Part shown: positions 49,536-59,831 of the stretch, piece after piece
Layout: each line of letters starts with the position of its first letter
Numbering within the stretch: the stretch's first letter is position 1
From: Candidatus Omnitrophota bacterium
GTDB taxonomy: Bacteria > Omnitrophota > Gorgyraeia > Aquiviventales > Aquiviventaceae
DNA: 64,000 nt
Direction of reading: 5' to 3'
Assembly: GCA_023247255.1 (NCBI GenBank)
Contig: JAHFGV010000007.1
Span: 6,602-70,601, forward strand
Position numbers and translations under genes: made by a program
The notes under the pieces: generated by a model
What the model saw: the letters and a program-made list of their open reading frames with translations, nothing else
The model's database searches: none
What the model was told of the DNA's origin: nothing

Positions 49536-50123
49536 ATGCAAAACTTTTGGCAGGCGTTTGTCCCACTCTTTGTAGCCTTTGACGGTATCGGGCTTTTGCC
49601 GCTGTTCTGGGGCTTGGCTCATCGCTTGAACGCACCCCAGCGCCAGCGGGCCATTGCCGAGGCGGTGGTTACCGCATTTCTCGTAGCGGTAGGTTTCCTG
49701 TTGGTCAGTCGCTATGTCTTTGCGCTCATGGGGCTGGAACTTTCCGACGTGATGATCGCAGGAGGAGTCATCCTCATCATTCTCTGTTTGAGGGATCTGT
49801 TGCTGCCGGAGGCTCTGCCAGAAGGCGAGTATCCTAGTCCGGGGATCGTACCTGTGGGTGTTCCCTTGTTAGCGGGACCGGCCGTCCTAACCACGGTCTT
49901 GCTGGTTAGAGATCAGTACGGACGGACGGCCACGTTTGGGGCTTTGGTCGCGAATCTGGTGCTTATCTGGATTCTATTGCAGACATCGAAATGGCTGATC
50001 CAACGATTGGGGAAGGAAGGCGCGCAGTTGGTTTCAAAAATCTTCAGCTTGATGTTGACGGCCTTCGGCGTCATGTTGATCCGCCGTGGAATCGTCAGCG
50101 CAGTCAGTGGCTTGGCTCCTTAG
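49536..50123 (+). CDS. MarC family membrane protein
   Basis: LFVAFD.IG..P.F, IAGG, VP.GVPLLAGP. Confidence 0.92.
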   Translation: MQNFWQAFVPLFVAFDGIGLLPLFWGLAHRLNAPQRQRAIAEAVVTAFLVAVGFLLVSRYVFALMGLELSDVMIAGGVILIILCLRDLLLPEALPEGEYPSPGIVPVGVPLLAGPAVLTTVLLVRDQYGRTATFGALVANLVLIWILLQTSKWLIQRLGKEGAQLVSKIFSLMLTAFGVMLIRRGIVSAVSGLAP

Positions 50124-50332
50124 AAAAAAGGACGTTCTTCTTTGGAATGTGAGGATTCAAGTAGCCTATCCCCATGGTGCCAGGCACGTCGGTAGCTGGA
50201 CCTTACTTTCTATCGACGCGGGTTGTGGTAAAATAGGGCTGTTTCCTATGAGCGAGAAGACCATTCAGACTGCCGTGGCTGAGCTTTGCCGTTAGCGATA
50301 AAAAAAGGAAACAGGAATGGGGGATTTTTCAC

Positions 50333-50719
50333 ATGGAACATGCGTTTGCAGAAATTGAACTGAGCAATCCAAGAAAACCTGATTTGGCCCCTATTCAAGT
50401 AAAAGCGTTAGCGGATACCGGTGCGCTGATGCTATGTATTCCGGAGCATATTGCTCTTCAGCTGAAACTTGAAACTGAATCCATGCGTGAGGTGTCAGTT
50501 GCTGATGGTCGCAGCATGAATGTCCCTTATGTGGGGCCTGTCCGGGTTAGTTTTGGAAAAAGGATTTGTTTCGTTGGAGCACTCATGCTTGGAGATGAAG
50601 TTCTTCTTGGAGCAGTACCTATGGAAGATATGGATTTGGTGGTATCCCCAAGTCATCGGGAAGTAACGGTAGATCCTGCAAGTCCAAATATTCCTCATGC
50701 GCGAGTCAAATGTTGCTAA
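50333..50719 (+). CDS. Clan AA (retropepsin-like) aspartic protease
   Basis: ALADTGA, ADG, LLGAVPMEDMDLVV. Confidence 0.88.
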   Translation: MEHAFAEIELSNPRKPDLAPIQVKALADTGALMLCIPEHIALQLKLETESMREVSVADGRSMNVPYVGPVRVSFGKRICFVGALMLGDEVLLGAVPMEDMDLVVSPSHREVTVDPASPNIPHARVKCC

Positions 50720-50842
50720 CGCACTTATTGTTGAGACATCGAGTGCGTTTGTGTACACAACAGGGTGTTTTATCATATGATACAAACGAATTTACACCCC
50801 GTGAACTGAGAATGCATGGTGCCCCAAATTTTTAGGTTTTTA

Positions 50843-51664
50843 ATGCGACCTATAAGCCCGTTACAACTGGGACCTTATACGCTGCACTCCCGTCTGATCG
50901 CGGGCACAGGCAAGTACGCTAATTTCTCGCTCATGAAGGAGGCCATTGAAGCCTCGGGTGCCGAGATGGTAACCGTCGCAGTGCGACGCGTGAACCTGAA
51001 CGATTCGGTTCAAAAAGAAAGCCTCTTGGATTATCTGGATCGTTCACGCGTGATTTTGCTTCCGAATACTGCAGGCTGTTATTCTGCTGAAGAGGCAATC
51101 CGCACCGCCGCCCTGGGCCGTGAAGCGGGACTCTCAAATTTGGTCAAGCTTGAGGTGATTGGGGATACCAAGACCCTGTTGCCGGATACCGAAGCTTTGT
51201 TGGACGCTACCAAAGCCTTGGTGAAGGAAGGTTTCGTGGTGATGCCTTACACCAATGATGATGCAGTAATGGCGAAAAAATTGGAGGATGCCGGGGCTGC
51301 TTGTGTGATGCCCCTGGCCGCTCCTATCGGATCCGGGCAGGGAATCCTCAACGACCTCAACATCCGCTTGATCCTAGAGGCTGTTTCTATCCCAGTCATC
51401 GTCGATGCGGGAGTCGGCACAGCATCGGACGCTGCCATTGCCATGGAGCTCGGCGCCGATGGAGTCTTGATGAATACGGCAATCGCCTGCGCCCAAGACC
51501 CTGTGAAGATGGCCCATGCCATGCGCCTTTCCGTAGAAGCCGGACGTTTGGCCTTTGAAGCCGGGCGGATTCCTAAAAAACATTTTGCCAGTGCCTCTAC
51601 TCCACAAGAAGGACTGGTGGAGCCTTCTGCTTCTTCGCCACAGCAGTTGAGCCCCACAGGATGA
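50843..51664 (+). CDS. thiG: Thiazole synthase
   Basis: [39 protein letters not shown]. Confidence 0.96.
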   Translation: MRPISPLQLGPYTLHSRLIAGTGKYANFSLMKEAIEASGAEMVTVAVRRVNLNDSVQKESLLDYLDRSRVILLPNTAGCYSAEEAIRTAALGREAGLSNLVKLEVIGDTKTLLPDTEALLDATKALVKEGFVVMPYTNDDAVMAKKLEDAGAACVMPLAAPIGSGQGILNDLNIRLILEAVSIPVIVDAGVGTASDAAIAMELGADGVLMNTAIACAQDPVKMAHAMRLSVEAGRLAFEAGRIPKKHFASASTPQEGLVEPSASSPQQLSPTG

Positions 51665-51807
51665 GCCTGGGGCACTGATAACTTCTCCCCTCCCAGGGAA
51701 TCATGAAACTGCCTTTGAATTTTCGATTGTCGATTTTGGATTTTCGATTGAAGGGCACTTTCATCTCATCAATCAGAAATCGACGACGACAAGGTGCAGT
51801 TGAGCCC
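51643..51807. repeat. Composite repeat family F copy; supplies the thiG stop
   Basis: Homologous to 22857-23033; bracketed by direct repeat GCAGTTGAGCCC. Confidence 0.75.
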
Positions 51808-51815
51808 GTTCATCA

Positions 51816-54800
51816 ATGAGATCTGCGAATCTGTCCGCCGATCAGCCTTCCCGCGTTTTTTCATCTACCGTCACAGATCCTACCTTGGAAGCTGAGAAAA
51901 ACGCCATCTTAGGCAAGATCAGCCTCTGTTTCTTGCTGTCGGGAGCCTTGGGGCTGGCATACGAGATTCTTTGGGTTCGGCGGTTATTACTGGTGTTTGG
52001 CAGCAGCGTCCACGCCGTCAGTACCGTCCTGAGTGTGTTTTTCGGAGGGCTTGCTCTAGGCGGGTGGTGGTTTGGAAAACGCGTTGACCGATCCCCGGCA
52101 TCCGGACTGCGCGGCTACGCCCTGCTGGAAGGAGGAATCGGTCTTTATGCTTTCCTCACTCCGACTCTGTTCAATGCACTCGAAAGGGTCTACATTCCCA
52201 TTTATCGAGCTTCGGGAATGTCTTCCCAGGTTCTGGTGAGCGCAGCGTTTCTATGTTCGGCCGTGGTGCTGTTGATCCCAACGACCCTGATGGGGGCGAC
52301 TTTCCCGATGTTGAGCCGATTCCTCATCCACCAGGGAAAGGAACGTGGTTTTAAGATCGCCAGGCTCTACGGTTATAACACAATCGGCGCTGTTCTAGGA
52401 ACGCTGGGGGTTTATCACATCGGCCTTCCGATGCTGGGGCTATCCAAAAGCTTGCTCTGCGCCGGGGTCATGAACATTGGCATCAGTCTGTTATGCTTGA
52501 TCTTTGACCGTCGGCTGGAAGCCTTCGGGTTTCACGAATCGTTGCGCGCAGCCCGTGCCGCTTTTAATCAGACCACTGACGAAGCCAGCGAGATTTTGAC
52601 AGCTTTCCCCACGCAACAGCGCCCCTCGGATAGCTTGGGGTGGCTTCTGGTCGCTTTTGGAATTTCAGGAGCCGCCGCGATGAGTTATGAAGTCGTCTGG
52701 ACCCGAACGTTGAGCCTGATCCTGGGAAGCTCTATCTACGCTTTCTGTATCATCCTTGCTACTTTCCTCACAGGAATTGCCCTAGGAAGTCTGCTGATCG
52801 AACGCTATTTGCGGCAGCATTCAGCCACTATCCGTCAGGTCATCGGAATTCAATGGATCCTGGGAATCTACGGGCTTTGTTCGATTCCGCTGTTCGGTCA
52901 ATTGCCGGATGCAATGGTGAGGCTTTGGACATCCCTCGGGGGTTCCTTCGAGAAAATGCTGTGGGTTCAGGTAATCTTGAGCGTCTCGGTCATGGTCCTG
53001 CCCACGTTCTTGATGGGAATCTTGTTTCCGATCGTCGGTGATCTCGTCACAAAACCGATGATCGCTTTCGGCCGACGCTTGGGTAATGCTTACGCGATCA
53101 ATACGCTGGGAGGGATTCTTGGCTCCTTCCTGAGCGGGTTTGTGATGATTCCCTTACTGGGATTACCCTGGACTATCGCCGTGACGGCGATGGCGAATCT
53201 GTTCGCTGGTTTCCTACTCTATGTACTTTATGTGCGTCGGGTGGCTGTGGGGCCAAGTCTGACTCGCCGTTTAGCCGCAAGCGTGCTTGGCCTGGTCATC
53301 GCCTTTATAGTCAGCGCAAGGATACTCATCCCCGGTTGGCAAAACCAGGTCTTCGCTTCTGGGCCCTATCTGGGTCCTGAAATCTTTCACAATCTCTCGA
53401 TTCGGGAGGCGACTGCCCAGACCCAACTGCTCTATTATCGTGACAGCCTGAATGCGACCGTCAGTGTGCATAAGACTCAGGAGACTCTATTTCTCAGGGT
53501 GGGTGGAAAAACGGATGCTTCAAACGGCCCGGACATGAGCACTCAAATCCTGTCTGCCCATCTTCCTCTGTTGCTGCATGGCAATGCAAAAAGTGCCTTG
53601 GTGATCGGGTTGGGAAGTGGGGTGACGTTGGGCCATGTGGGACGGTATCCGGTATCCACTATTCATTGCGCGGAAATTGACTCGGCTGTCGTTGAAGCCG
53701 CCCGATATTTCAAGGATTACAACGACCACATTCATGACGATCCCCGGGTTCGCATCTTTGTCGCGGATGGACGTAACCTGCTTCTGGCTGCTTCTGGCCA
53801 GTATGACGTCATCATCTCTGAGCCTTCGAATCCTTGGATGGCCAATCTCGCTTATCTGTTTACGCAAGAGTTTTACGCGCTCGCCAAACGCACCCTGGCA
53901 GATGGGGGCATCATGTGTCAATGGCTTCAGCTTTATAACATTTTCCCCCAGGATGTGAAACTGATCCTGAAAACATTTCATCGGGTGTTTCCTTACGTCT
54001 CGGTTTGGAGCTCGCTACCGGGAGATCTGCTTCTCATCGGCTCACAGGCGCCGCACGCCCTTGAGTTCTCCGAGCTGACTCGACGGATGGCGGATCCTCG
54101 GCTCAAGGAAAGTCTGACGGCTATTGGCATCACCCAACCGGAAGCGTTGCTTGAGCTTTACTGGATGGGCAATCGTGAAGTCGAACGAGTAAGCGCTGGC
54201 ATCGATTGGACGCACCAAGATGATCAACCATCCATTGAATTCACTGCTCCTCGGGCGATGTACATGAATCGGATTTCGCGGTTGAACTTCGCTGGCTTGG
54301 AAGCGCTCAAGGGCAAGCCGCAAGACCTCGCCGTGGGTTACGCCCCTAATCTCAAGGATGCGAAATTCCAACGAGCCCTGGCAAACCTCTGGCAGTGGCG
54401 GGATCAGCCGCTGAAGGCCATTCAGGCGCTTGAACAAGCGGTGGCCGTAGATCCTTCATCGGCAAAGAGCTGGCTTGATCTGGGAAATCTCTACCGCACT
54501 CAAAACAAAATTTTGCAGAGCGAGCAAAGCTACCTTCGAGCGATTCAGGCGGATCCGGACGATCCACAGCCTTATCAAAAACTCGCATTGCTGTATTGGC
54601 AACAGGGCAAGCTTCCACAGGCGCAGTCTTACTATGAGCAAGCCGCGTCTGTGAAAATTCCTGATCGCTCGCTGGCAGAGGAAATCGGACATTACTTCAG
54701 GAATGTCGCTTCAGTCGTCCCATCATCCAAGACCCAGTCCCTTTCCTGGGCAGCCGAATATTATCGCTGCGCCCTCTCGCAGGCAAGCGCAGATAACCCA

Positions 54801-55211
54801 GCCATCCTGGAAGCCTATGCGGAAGTTTTGAAAGAACAAAACCTGTGGGATGAAGCCGAAAAAGTGCTGACGTCTGCAGCGGCACAGTTTCCGGAACAGC
54901 CTCTGTTTGGCTTGCGATTGGGCGAGTTGTTCGTGGAACAGGATAAACCCATCGAGGCGAAGGCGTGGTTTGAGCGCACTCTGAAACAAAGCCCTAAGAG
55001 CGCAGAGGCCTATTATGGATTGGGACGTGTCGCTATGCATGAAGGAAACGTGCAAGAAGCTATCCGAGACTTGCGTCGGGCGTTGACCGTGAATCCTTAT
55101 CACCGCGAGTCGTTGGAGTTCTTTGAACAAATCCAAGACTCTGCTCAACGTAATATTTCAGGTCACGCACATAGGGACAGAGCCTCGGATTCTGCAAAAC
55201 CTCCGTTATAG
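51816..55211 (+). CDS. Fused membrane/spermidine-synthase-like protein with C-terminal TPRs
   Basis: SG..LAYEILW, NT.G..LG repeats, IGLGSG.T, EID, DGR, SEPSNPW; TPR tail. Confidence 0.9.
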   Translation: MRSANLSADQPSRVFSSTVTDPTLEAEKNAILGKISLCFLLSGALGLAYEILWVRRLLLVFGSSVHAVSTVLSVFFGGLALGGWWFGKRVDRSPASGLRGYALLEGGIGLYAFLTPTLFNALERVYIPIYRASGMSSQVLVSAAFLCSAVVLLIPTTLMGATFPMLSRFLIHQGKERGFKIARLYGYNTIGAVLGTLGVYHIGLPMLGLSKSLLCAGVMNIGISLLCLIFDRRLEAFGFHESLRAARAAFNQTTDEASEILTAFPTQQRPSDSLGWLLVAFGISGAAAMSYEVVWTRTLSLILGSSIYAFCIILATFLTGIALGSLLIERYLRQHSATIRQVIGIQWILGIYGLCSIPLFGQLPDAMVRLWTSLGGSFEKMLWVQVILSVSVMVLPTFLMGILFPIVGDLVTKPMIAFGRRLGNAYAINTLGGILGSFLSGFVMIPLLGLPWTIAVTAMANLFAGFLLYVLYVRRVAVGPSLTRRLAASVLGLVIAFIVSARILIPGWQNQVFASGPYLGPEIFHNLSIREATAQTQLLYYRDSLNATVSVHKTQETLFLRVGGKTDASNGPDMSTQILSAHLPLLLHGNAKSALVIGLGSGVTLGHVGRYPVSTIHCAEIDSAVVEAARYFKDYNDHIHDDPRVRIFVADGRNLLLAASGQYDVIISEPSNPWMANLAYLFTQEFYALAKRTLADGGIMCQWLQLYNIFPQDVKLILKTFHRVFPYVSVWSSLPGDLLLIGSQAPHALEFSELTRRMADPRLKESLTAIGITQPEALLELYWMGNREVERVSAGIDWTHQDDQPSIEFTAPRAMYMNRISRLNFAGLEALKGKPQDLAVGYAPNLKDAKFQRALANLWQWRDQPLKAIQALEQAVAVDPSSAKSWLDLGNLYRTQNKILQSEQSYLRAIQADPDDPQPYQKLALLYWQQGKLPQAQSYYEQAASVKIPDRSLAEEIGHYFRNVASVVPSSKTQSLSWAAEYYRCALSQASADNPAILEAYAEVLKEQNLWDEAEKVLTSAAAQFPEQPLFGLRLGELFVEQDKPIEAKAWFERTLKQSPKSAEAYYGLGRVAMHEGNVQEAIRDLRRALTVNPYHRESLEFFEQIQDSAQRNISGHAHRDRASDSAKPPL

Positions 55212-55212
55212 A

Positions 55213-55433
55213 CTGAGGTTTTGCAAAATGTATCGCGGTTAGTGGCAGCGCTTACGTCTGTGTCATGAGTCATGGAAAGCAAAAGGCGTACTTTGGCCGT
55301 GCTTGAGATGCCTGTTTATTTTCTGCTTTTTTCATGACACATGACTCATGAAACATGGCACAATCCTCATTGCTTCTCTTGGAATAGGACACAACACTCG
55401 GTCAACGCGTTGGCTATTTTTGCAAAAGCCCAC
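55213..55433. mobile_element. MITE family A, copy 4
   Basis: Same TIRs; TSD TTATAGA. Confidence 0.9.
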
Positions 55434-55499
55434 TTATAGACACAGACGAGGATGACTCCTATGAACGTTACCCGAAAAGAACAAGGAACGCGGCTGTCT

Positions 55500-56558
55500 A
55501 TGAAGACGTACACGATCGCAGTCATTCCAGGAGACGGCACAGGCCCTGAGGTAATCCGGGAAGGCTGCAGGGTTCTTGATGCGGCGGCCGCTCAGGGAAA
55601 GTTTCATCTGGAGTTTCAACCTTACGATCTGGGGGCAGAGCGGTACCTGCGAACAACAGAGACCCTACCACCGACGGTGCTCAAGGAGCTCACCCAAGTG
55701 GATGCCATTTACCTGGGCGCCATCGGTCATCCATCGGTCAAACCCGGCATCCTGGAACGGGAAATCCTGTTGCGCCTTCGGTTTGAGCTCGACCAATATA
55801 TCAATCTCCGTCCGGTGAAACTCTATCCCGGCGTGTGGACCCCTCTCAAAGATAAAACTCCAGAGCACATTGATTTTGTGGTCGTTCGAGAAAACACCGA
55901 AGGGCTTTACGCGGGTGTGGGGGGATTCTTGAGGCGGGGGACTCCGGATGAAACCGCTATTCAGACATCCGTCAACACCCGCCACGGCGTGGAACGTTGT
56001 ATCCGCTATGCCTTCGAATACACCCGCAGGCGAAACAAGCATAAGAAGCTGACCTTCTGTGGGAAAACCAACGTCCTCACTTACGCCCATGACTTGTGGC
56101 AGCGAACCTTCGATGAAGTTGCGAAGGAATACCCGGATGTGACCACCGATTACACCCACGTGGACGCCTGCTGCATGTGGATGATCAAGAATCCGGAATG
56201 GTTTGACACAATCGTTACGGACAATATGTTCGGAGACATCATCACCGACCTTGGAGCGATGATCCAGGGAGGCATGGGCATTGCCGCAGGGGGTAATCTG
56301 AATCCTGAGGGGGTATCGATGTTCGAGCCCATCGGTGGCTCAGCCCCCAAGTACACGGGCCAGCAGCTCATCAATCCCTTAGCCGCCATTTGCGCTGGAG
56401 CCATGATGCTGGAGGAGTTGGGAGAACGTCAGTCGGCGCAGGCGGTGGAGCAAGCCGTCTGCCAGGTGACTTCAAGCAAGCTCAAGAGCCTGGCAGCGGG
56501 CAAGATGGGTTACTCGACGAGCGAGGTGGGGGATCTGGTCATTGAAGCATTAGCGTAG
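55500..56558 (+). CDS. leuB: 3-isopropylmalate dehydrogenase
   Basis: IPGDGTGPEV, NLRP, RENTEG.Y, NMFGDIITD, FEPIGGSAP. Confidence 0.92.
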   Translation: MKTYTIAVIPGDGTGPEVIREGCRVLDAAAAQGKFHLEFQPYDLGAERYLRTTETLPPTVLKELTQVDAIYLGAIGHPSVKPGILEREILLRLRFELDQYINLRPVKLYPGVWTPLKDKTPEHIDFVVVRENTEGLYAGVGGFLRRGTPDETAIQTSVNTRHGVERCIRYAFEYTRRRNKHKKLTFCGKTNVLTYAHDLWQRTFDEVAKEYPDVTTDYTHVDACCMWMIKNPEWFDTIVTDNMFGDIITDLGAMIQGGMGIAAGGNLNPEGVSMFEPIGGSAPKYTGQQLINPLAAICAGAMMLEELGERQSAQAVEQAVCQVTSSKLKSLAAGKMGYSTSEVGDLVIEALA

Positions 56559-56589
56559 AGGACGAGTCTTGAAACGTGACGAGCGTAGA

Positions 56590-57684
56590 ATGTCCTTAAG
56601 AAAACGATATGCTGTTGCCATTGTCGGTGCCACAGGAGCTGTTGGGACGGAAATGCTACGTCTTTTGGAACAGCGACGGTTTCCTGTAAAAAGCGTCCGC
56701 TTGCTTGCTTCCTCTCGCTCGGAAGGTAAACGCTTAAGGATCGACGGCCGACTCTGCAAGGTCGAGACTCTGAGTCGTCATTCGTTCCATGGCATTGACC
56801 TTGTTCTATTCAGCGCCGGGGCCAGTCGAAGCCTGGAATTCGCTCCTGAAGCCGTCAAGCAAGGAGCCCTTGTGGTCGACAATTCCAGCGCATTCCGAAT
56901 GGATCCTACCGTGCCTCTGGTTGTTCCTGAGGTTAATGCCCATACCCTGCGGACTCACCCCGGGATCATCGCCAATCCCAACTGTTCGACGATCATCCTG
57001 ACGGTGGCCCTCAAGCCGCTGCATGACGCTGCAGGTCTCAGGCGCGTGGGGGTCGCCACCTATCAATCCGTTTCCGGGGCAGGGTCCAAGGCGATGCATC
57101 AGCTGTGGCGGGAATCGCGCGCGATCGCTCGTCGGTGGAGCCACTATCAACCGTCGTCGGTCGTGCGGGATGTCGAGAACTGCGTTCAGGGACCCTTGTC
57201 TGGAAACACAATCTTGCCCCAGCGGATCGCCTACAACCTGATCCCGCAGATTGACGTGTTTCTGTCCGAGGGTGACACAAAAGGCTACACGAAAGAAGAA
57301 TGGAAGATGCGTGAGGAATCGCGAAAGATCCTGGAATTGCCTGCGTTGCGCGTATCCGCCACTTGCGTGCGCGTGCCCATTTACCTGGCTCATTCGGAAG
57401 CGGTCAGTGCAGAATTCGAACGTCCCATCCTTGCCGAAGAAGCCCGTAAGCGTTTACGCAACGCCCCTGGGGTGCGGGTCATCGATGATCCGACGAGGGG
57501 CCGCTACCCCATGCCCATCGAAGCCGGCGGATGCGATGAGGTTTTCGTCGGTAGGATACGCCAAGACCCCGACGATCCCAAAACGTTGCACCTGTGGATC
57601 GTCGGAGACAACCTCCGCAAGGGCGCTGCCACCAATGCGCTGCAGATCGCGGAGCTCTTCGCAAAGACCAACCGCTTTGCCTAA
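56590..57684 (+). CDS. asd: Aspartate-semialdehyde dehydrogenase
   Basis: GATGAVG, DNSSAFR, NPNCST, YQSVSGAG, DNLRKGAATNA. Confidence 0.97.
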   Translation: MSLRKRYAVAIVGATGAVGTEMLRLLEQRRFPVKSVRLLASSRSEGKRLRIDGRLCKVETLSRHSFHGIDLVLFSAGASRSLEFAPEAVKQGALVVDNSSAFRMDPTVPLVVPEVNAHTLRTHPGIIANPNCSTIILTVALKPLHDAAGLRRVGVATYQSVSGAGSKAMHQLWRESRAIARRWSHYQPSSVVRDVENCVQGPLSGNTILPQRIAYNLIPQIDVFLSEGDTKGYTKEEWKMREESRKILELPALRVSATCVRVPIYLAHSEAVSAEFERPILAEEARKRLRNAPGVRVIDDPTRGRYPMPIEAGGCDEVFVGRIRQDPDDPKTLHLWIVGDNLRKGAATNALQIAELFAKTNRFA

Positions 57685-57796
57685 TACAAAAGAAATTAGT
57701 TTTGTGTCATTCCAACGCTCCCTCACCCCACCCCTCTCCCCTATTGGGGAGAGGGAACAGGTGAGGGGAATGGTTGCGAGATTTAATTCCTTTGTA
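57685..57796. mobile_element. MITE family E, copy 2 (inverted)
   Basis: Homologous to 29657-29767; flank CTAA contains the asd stop. Confidence 0.82.
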
Positions 57797-57802
57797 TTAG
57801 TA

Positions 57803-58030
57803 CTGTGTCACGGTTCTAAGATCCAGTGCTAACGTCTGTGTCATGGGTCATGTGTAATGGAAAGCAAAAGAGCCCCTTTGGCCATACTTGAGATGCCTAT
57901 TTATTTTCTGCTTTTTCATGACACATGACTCATGAAACATGACACAATCCTCATTGCTTCTCTTGACACATGACTCATGACACAGACGTGAGCGCTGCCA
58001 CTAACCGCGATGCATTTTGCAAAACCTCAG
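57803..58030. mobile_element. Chimeric family-A MITE
   Basis: Family-A body, family-A left end inverted at the right, foreign left end CTGTGTCACGGTT; TAGTA on both sides. Confidence 0.72.
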
Positions 58031-58039
58031 TAGTAACCG

Positions 58040-58801
58040 ATGACAGAAAGGGTGTTGCAGGGCTATCAAAAGAAACCGCTGGCAATTACGCTGTTCACGC
58101 TTATTTTTCTCCTCATGCCAGCCGGGGTACTTCTCCATCTATTCATCCTATCAGGTAACTCTTTCTCCGTCCTCGGCCAAATCGTACGCTCCAGCTACTT
58201 TCTCACCGAGTGGGCGTTCGCCTGGGCCGCTGCAGCTGCAGTCTTTGTGGTGTCTCGGTGGAGCTTTGCCTGTTTTGTCTTGTTGAGCGGCTATGTCCTG
58301 TTCATAAAAATTTCGCATGTGATCACTCACCCGAACCTGGAAACGCCCGCAAGATTACTGTTAACAGCCCTGTGGTTGGGTATTAGCCTGTACGTCCTTA
58401 GCTCTTCGTTGAAGACGCCTTATCTGAATCCCAAACTCCGATGGTGGTTGCGGCCATCGCGAATCGGTTGTTGCAAAGGGGCAACCCTCCAGGTTCAAGG
58501 CGTCGGGGTTCCTGTGACGGTCCTGAACCTTTCAAAGGCAGGGGTATTTGTGAAAGCGGCAGAACCCCAGCAAGCGACTCCACTTTTACCCCAACGACTC
58601 GGTGAGCAATGTGAATTAGCGATTGAGCTGAGTGAATCGGAGCGTCCAAAAGCGGAATCGGTTTGGTTAAACACATCGGTGGAGTTGGTCTGGAAGGGAA
58701 AAGCCGACAGCCCCTTTTGGGGTGGAATGGGACTCAAGTTCCGATCCCTCTCGAAGAGCCAGCGTCAGCAGTTGCGCAGATTCCTTCGTTATGAAGCGTA
58801 A
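58040..58801 (+). CDS. Membrane protein with C-terminal PilZ domain
   Basis: About 4 TMs; RWWLRPSR (RxxxR), NLSKAG (NxSxxG), GMGLKF. Confidence 0.8.
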   Translation: MTERVLQGYQKKPLAITLFTLIFLLMPAGVLLHLFILSGNSFSVLGQIVRSSYFLTEWAFAWAAAAAVFVVSRWSFACFVLLSGYVLFIKISHVITHPNLETPARLLLTALWLGISLYVLSSSLKTPYLNPKLRWWLRPSRIGCCKGATLQVQGVGVPVTVLNLSKAGVFVKAAEPQQATPLLPQRLGEQCELAIELSESERPKAESVWLNTSVELVWKGKADSPFWGGMGLKFRSLSKSQRQQLRRFLRYEA

Positions 58802-59831
58802 CGCAAGCCTGCTTGCCTGGTGTAGCATCCTCATCGGGTGCGGGACGGCGATTGCTGAATCCCAGGATCTCCATGCGCAACTGGCGGCACGCAATGCTGC
58901 CGCGTTCGAAGAGTTTCTGGCGGCGTACGCTCAGGTCGTCGAACAAGTCAATCGGCGTTTTGGAATAAATTACCTGGCGTTGGATAACCGCTACGGCGTG
59001 CCTTATCGAGAGTATTGGGATAAGCGCTTGCTCCTGGAGCATTTCCAAAAAGATGAAAAGGATAGTCCCTTATCCCAATCCCAAAAGCCGCAGGCAGAGG
59101 AGCTTCTGAAAAGTCCTGAGGCCATGCGCTATCTGGAAGCCAGGCTCTATCTCGAGAACGAACTGGACAAGAACCATTTGTTAAAGGGCAAGCGTCTGCA
59201 AGCCTGCGAAGAAGTGTTTGAGACGCTCAGCAGGACGGATCCCCTCTTGAAATACTTCTTTCACTCCCAAAAGTACCAACGCAGCTATGGGTTGCTCTTG
59301 AAACGGGTAGTCTGGTCGTTTCCCGAAGGCGTTGGCCTGTCTGCCTCGACCACGGCGTTAGATACCTATACGGTGTTTGCCAATCGGACACAGATGCCGA
59401 TGTTGATGACGCTGACGCCTGTAGCGTTTGAATCGTTGGCTTTTCTGAACTCCATCATCATCCACGAGCTGAACCATGTCTTGCTCTATAAAGAACCCCT
59501 GGCAACGAATCTGCACGGGTCACTCCGCATGGAAGGACCTCCCCTCAGCTCTGTATTGGGTGATCCCTACCGTTGGTCGTTCATACGCAAACACGGTGGC
59601 ACATCGGATTATCCCGATCATCTGCTTCAGGAATATTATGCGCTCCAGGCCCAGTTGCTTTATGATAATGGAATGCCTTCAGATTCCCCCTACCGTCTGC
59701 TCCCGAAGGACCGCCTGCACATTGAGCGTCTCTACGAATGGGTCGTGCAACAGCTTACTGGGGAATATCAAGCGCTCATCGCACAGCATCCGGATCCGCC
59801 GATTTTAAGATATCTCAAGGCTCTTAAATGA
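58791..59831 (+). CDS. Exported hypothetical protein with HExxH motif
   Basis: Signal peptide MKRNASLLAWCSILIGC; SIIIHELNH..QEYYA. Confidence 0.7.
   Translation: MKRNASLLAWCSILIGCGTAIAESQDLHAQLAARNAAAFEEFLAAYAQVVEQVNRRFGINYLALDNRYGVPYREYWDKRLLLEHFQKDEKDSPLSQSQKPQAEELLKSPEAMRYLEARLYLENELDKNHLLKGKRLQACEEVFETLSRTDPLLKYFFHSQKYQRSYGLLLKRVVWSFPEGVGLSASTTALDTYTVFANRTQMPMLMTLTPVAFESLAFLNSIIIHELNHVLLYKEPLATNLHGSLRMEGPPLSSVLGDPYRWSFIRKHGGTSDYPDHLLQEYYALQAQLLYDNGMPSDSPYRLLPKDRLHIERLYEWVVQQLTGEYQALIAQHPDPPILRYLKALK

Noticed and set aside
50760-50842. TPP riboswitch upstream of thiG (CTGAGA present)
   Set aside because: The downstream ACCTGA/TAAT/GCGTAGG elements and pairing are missing
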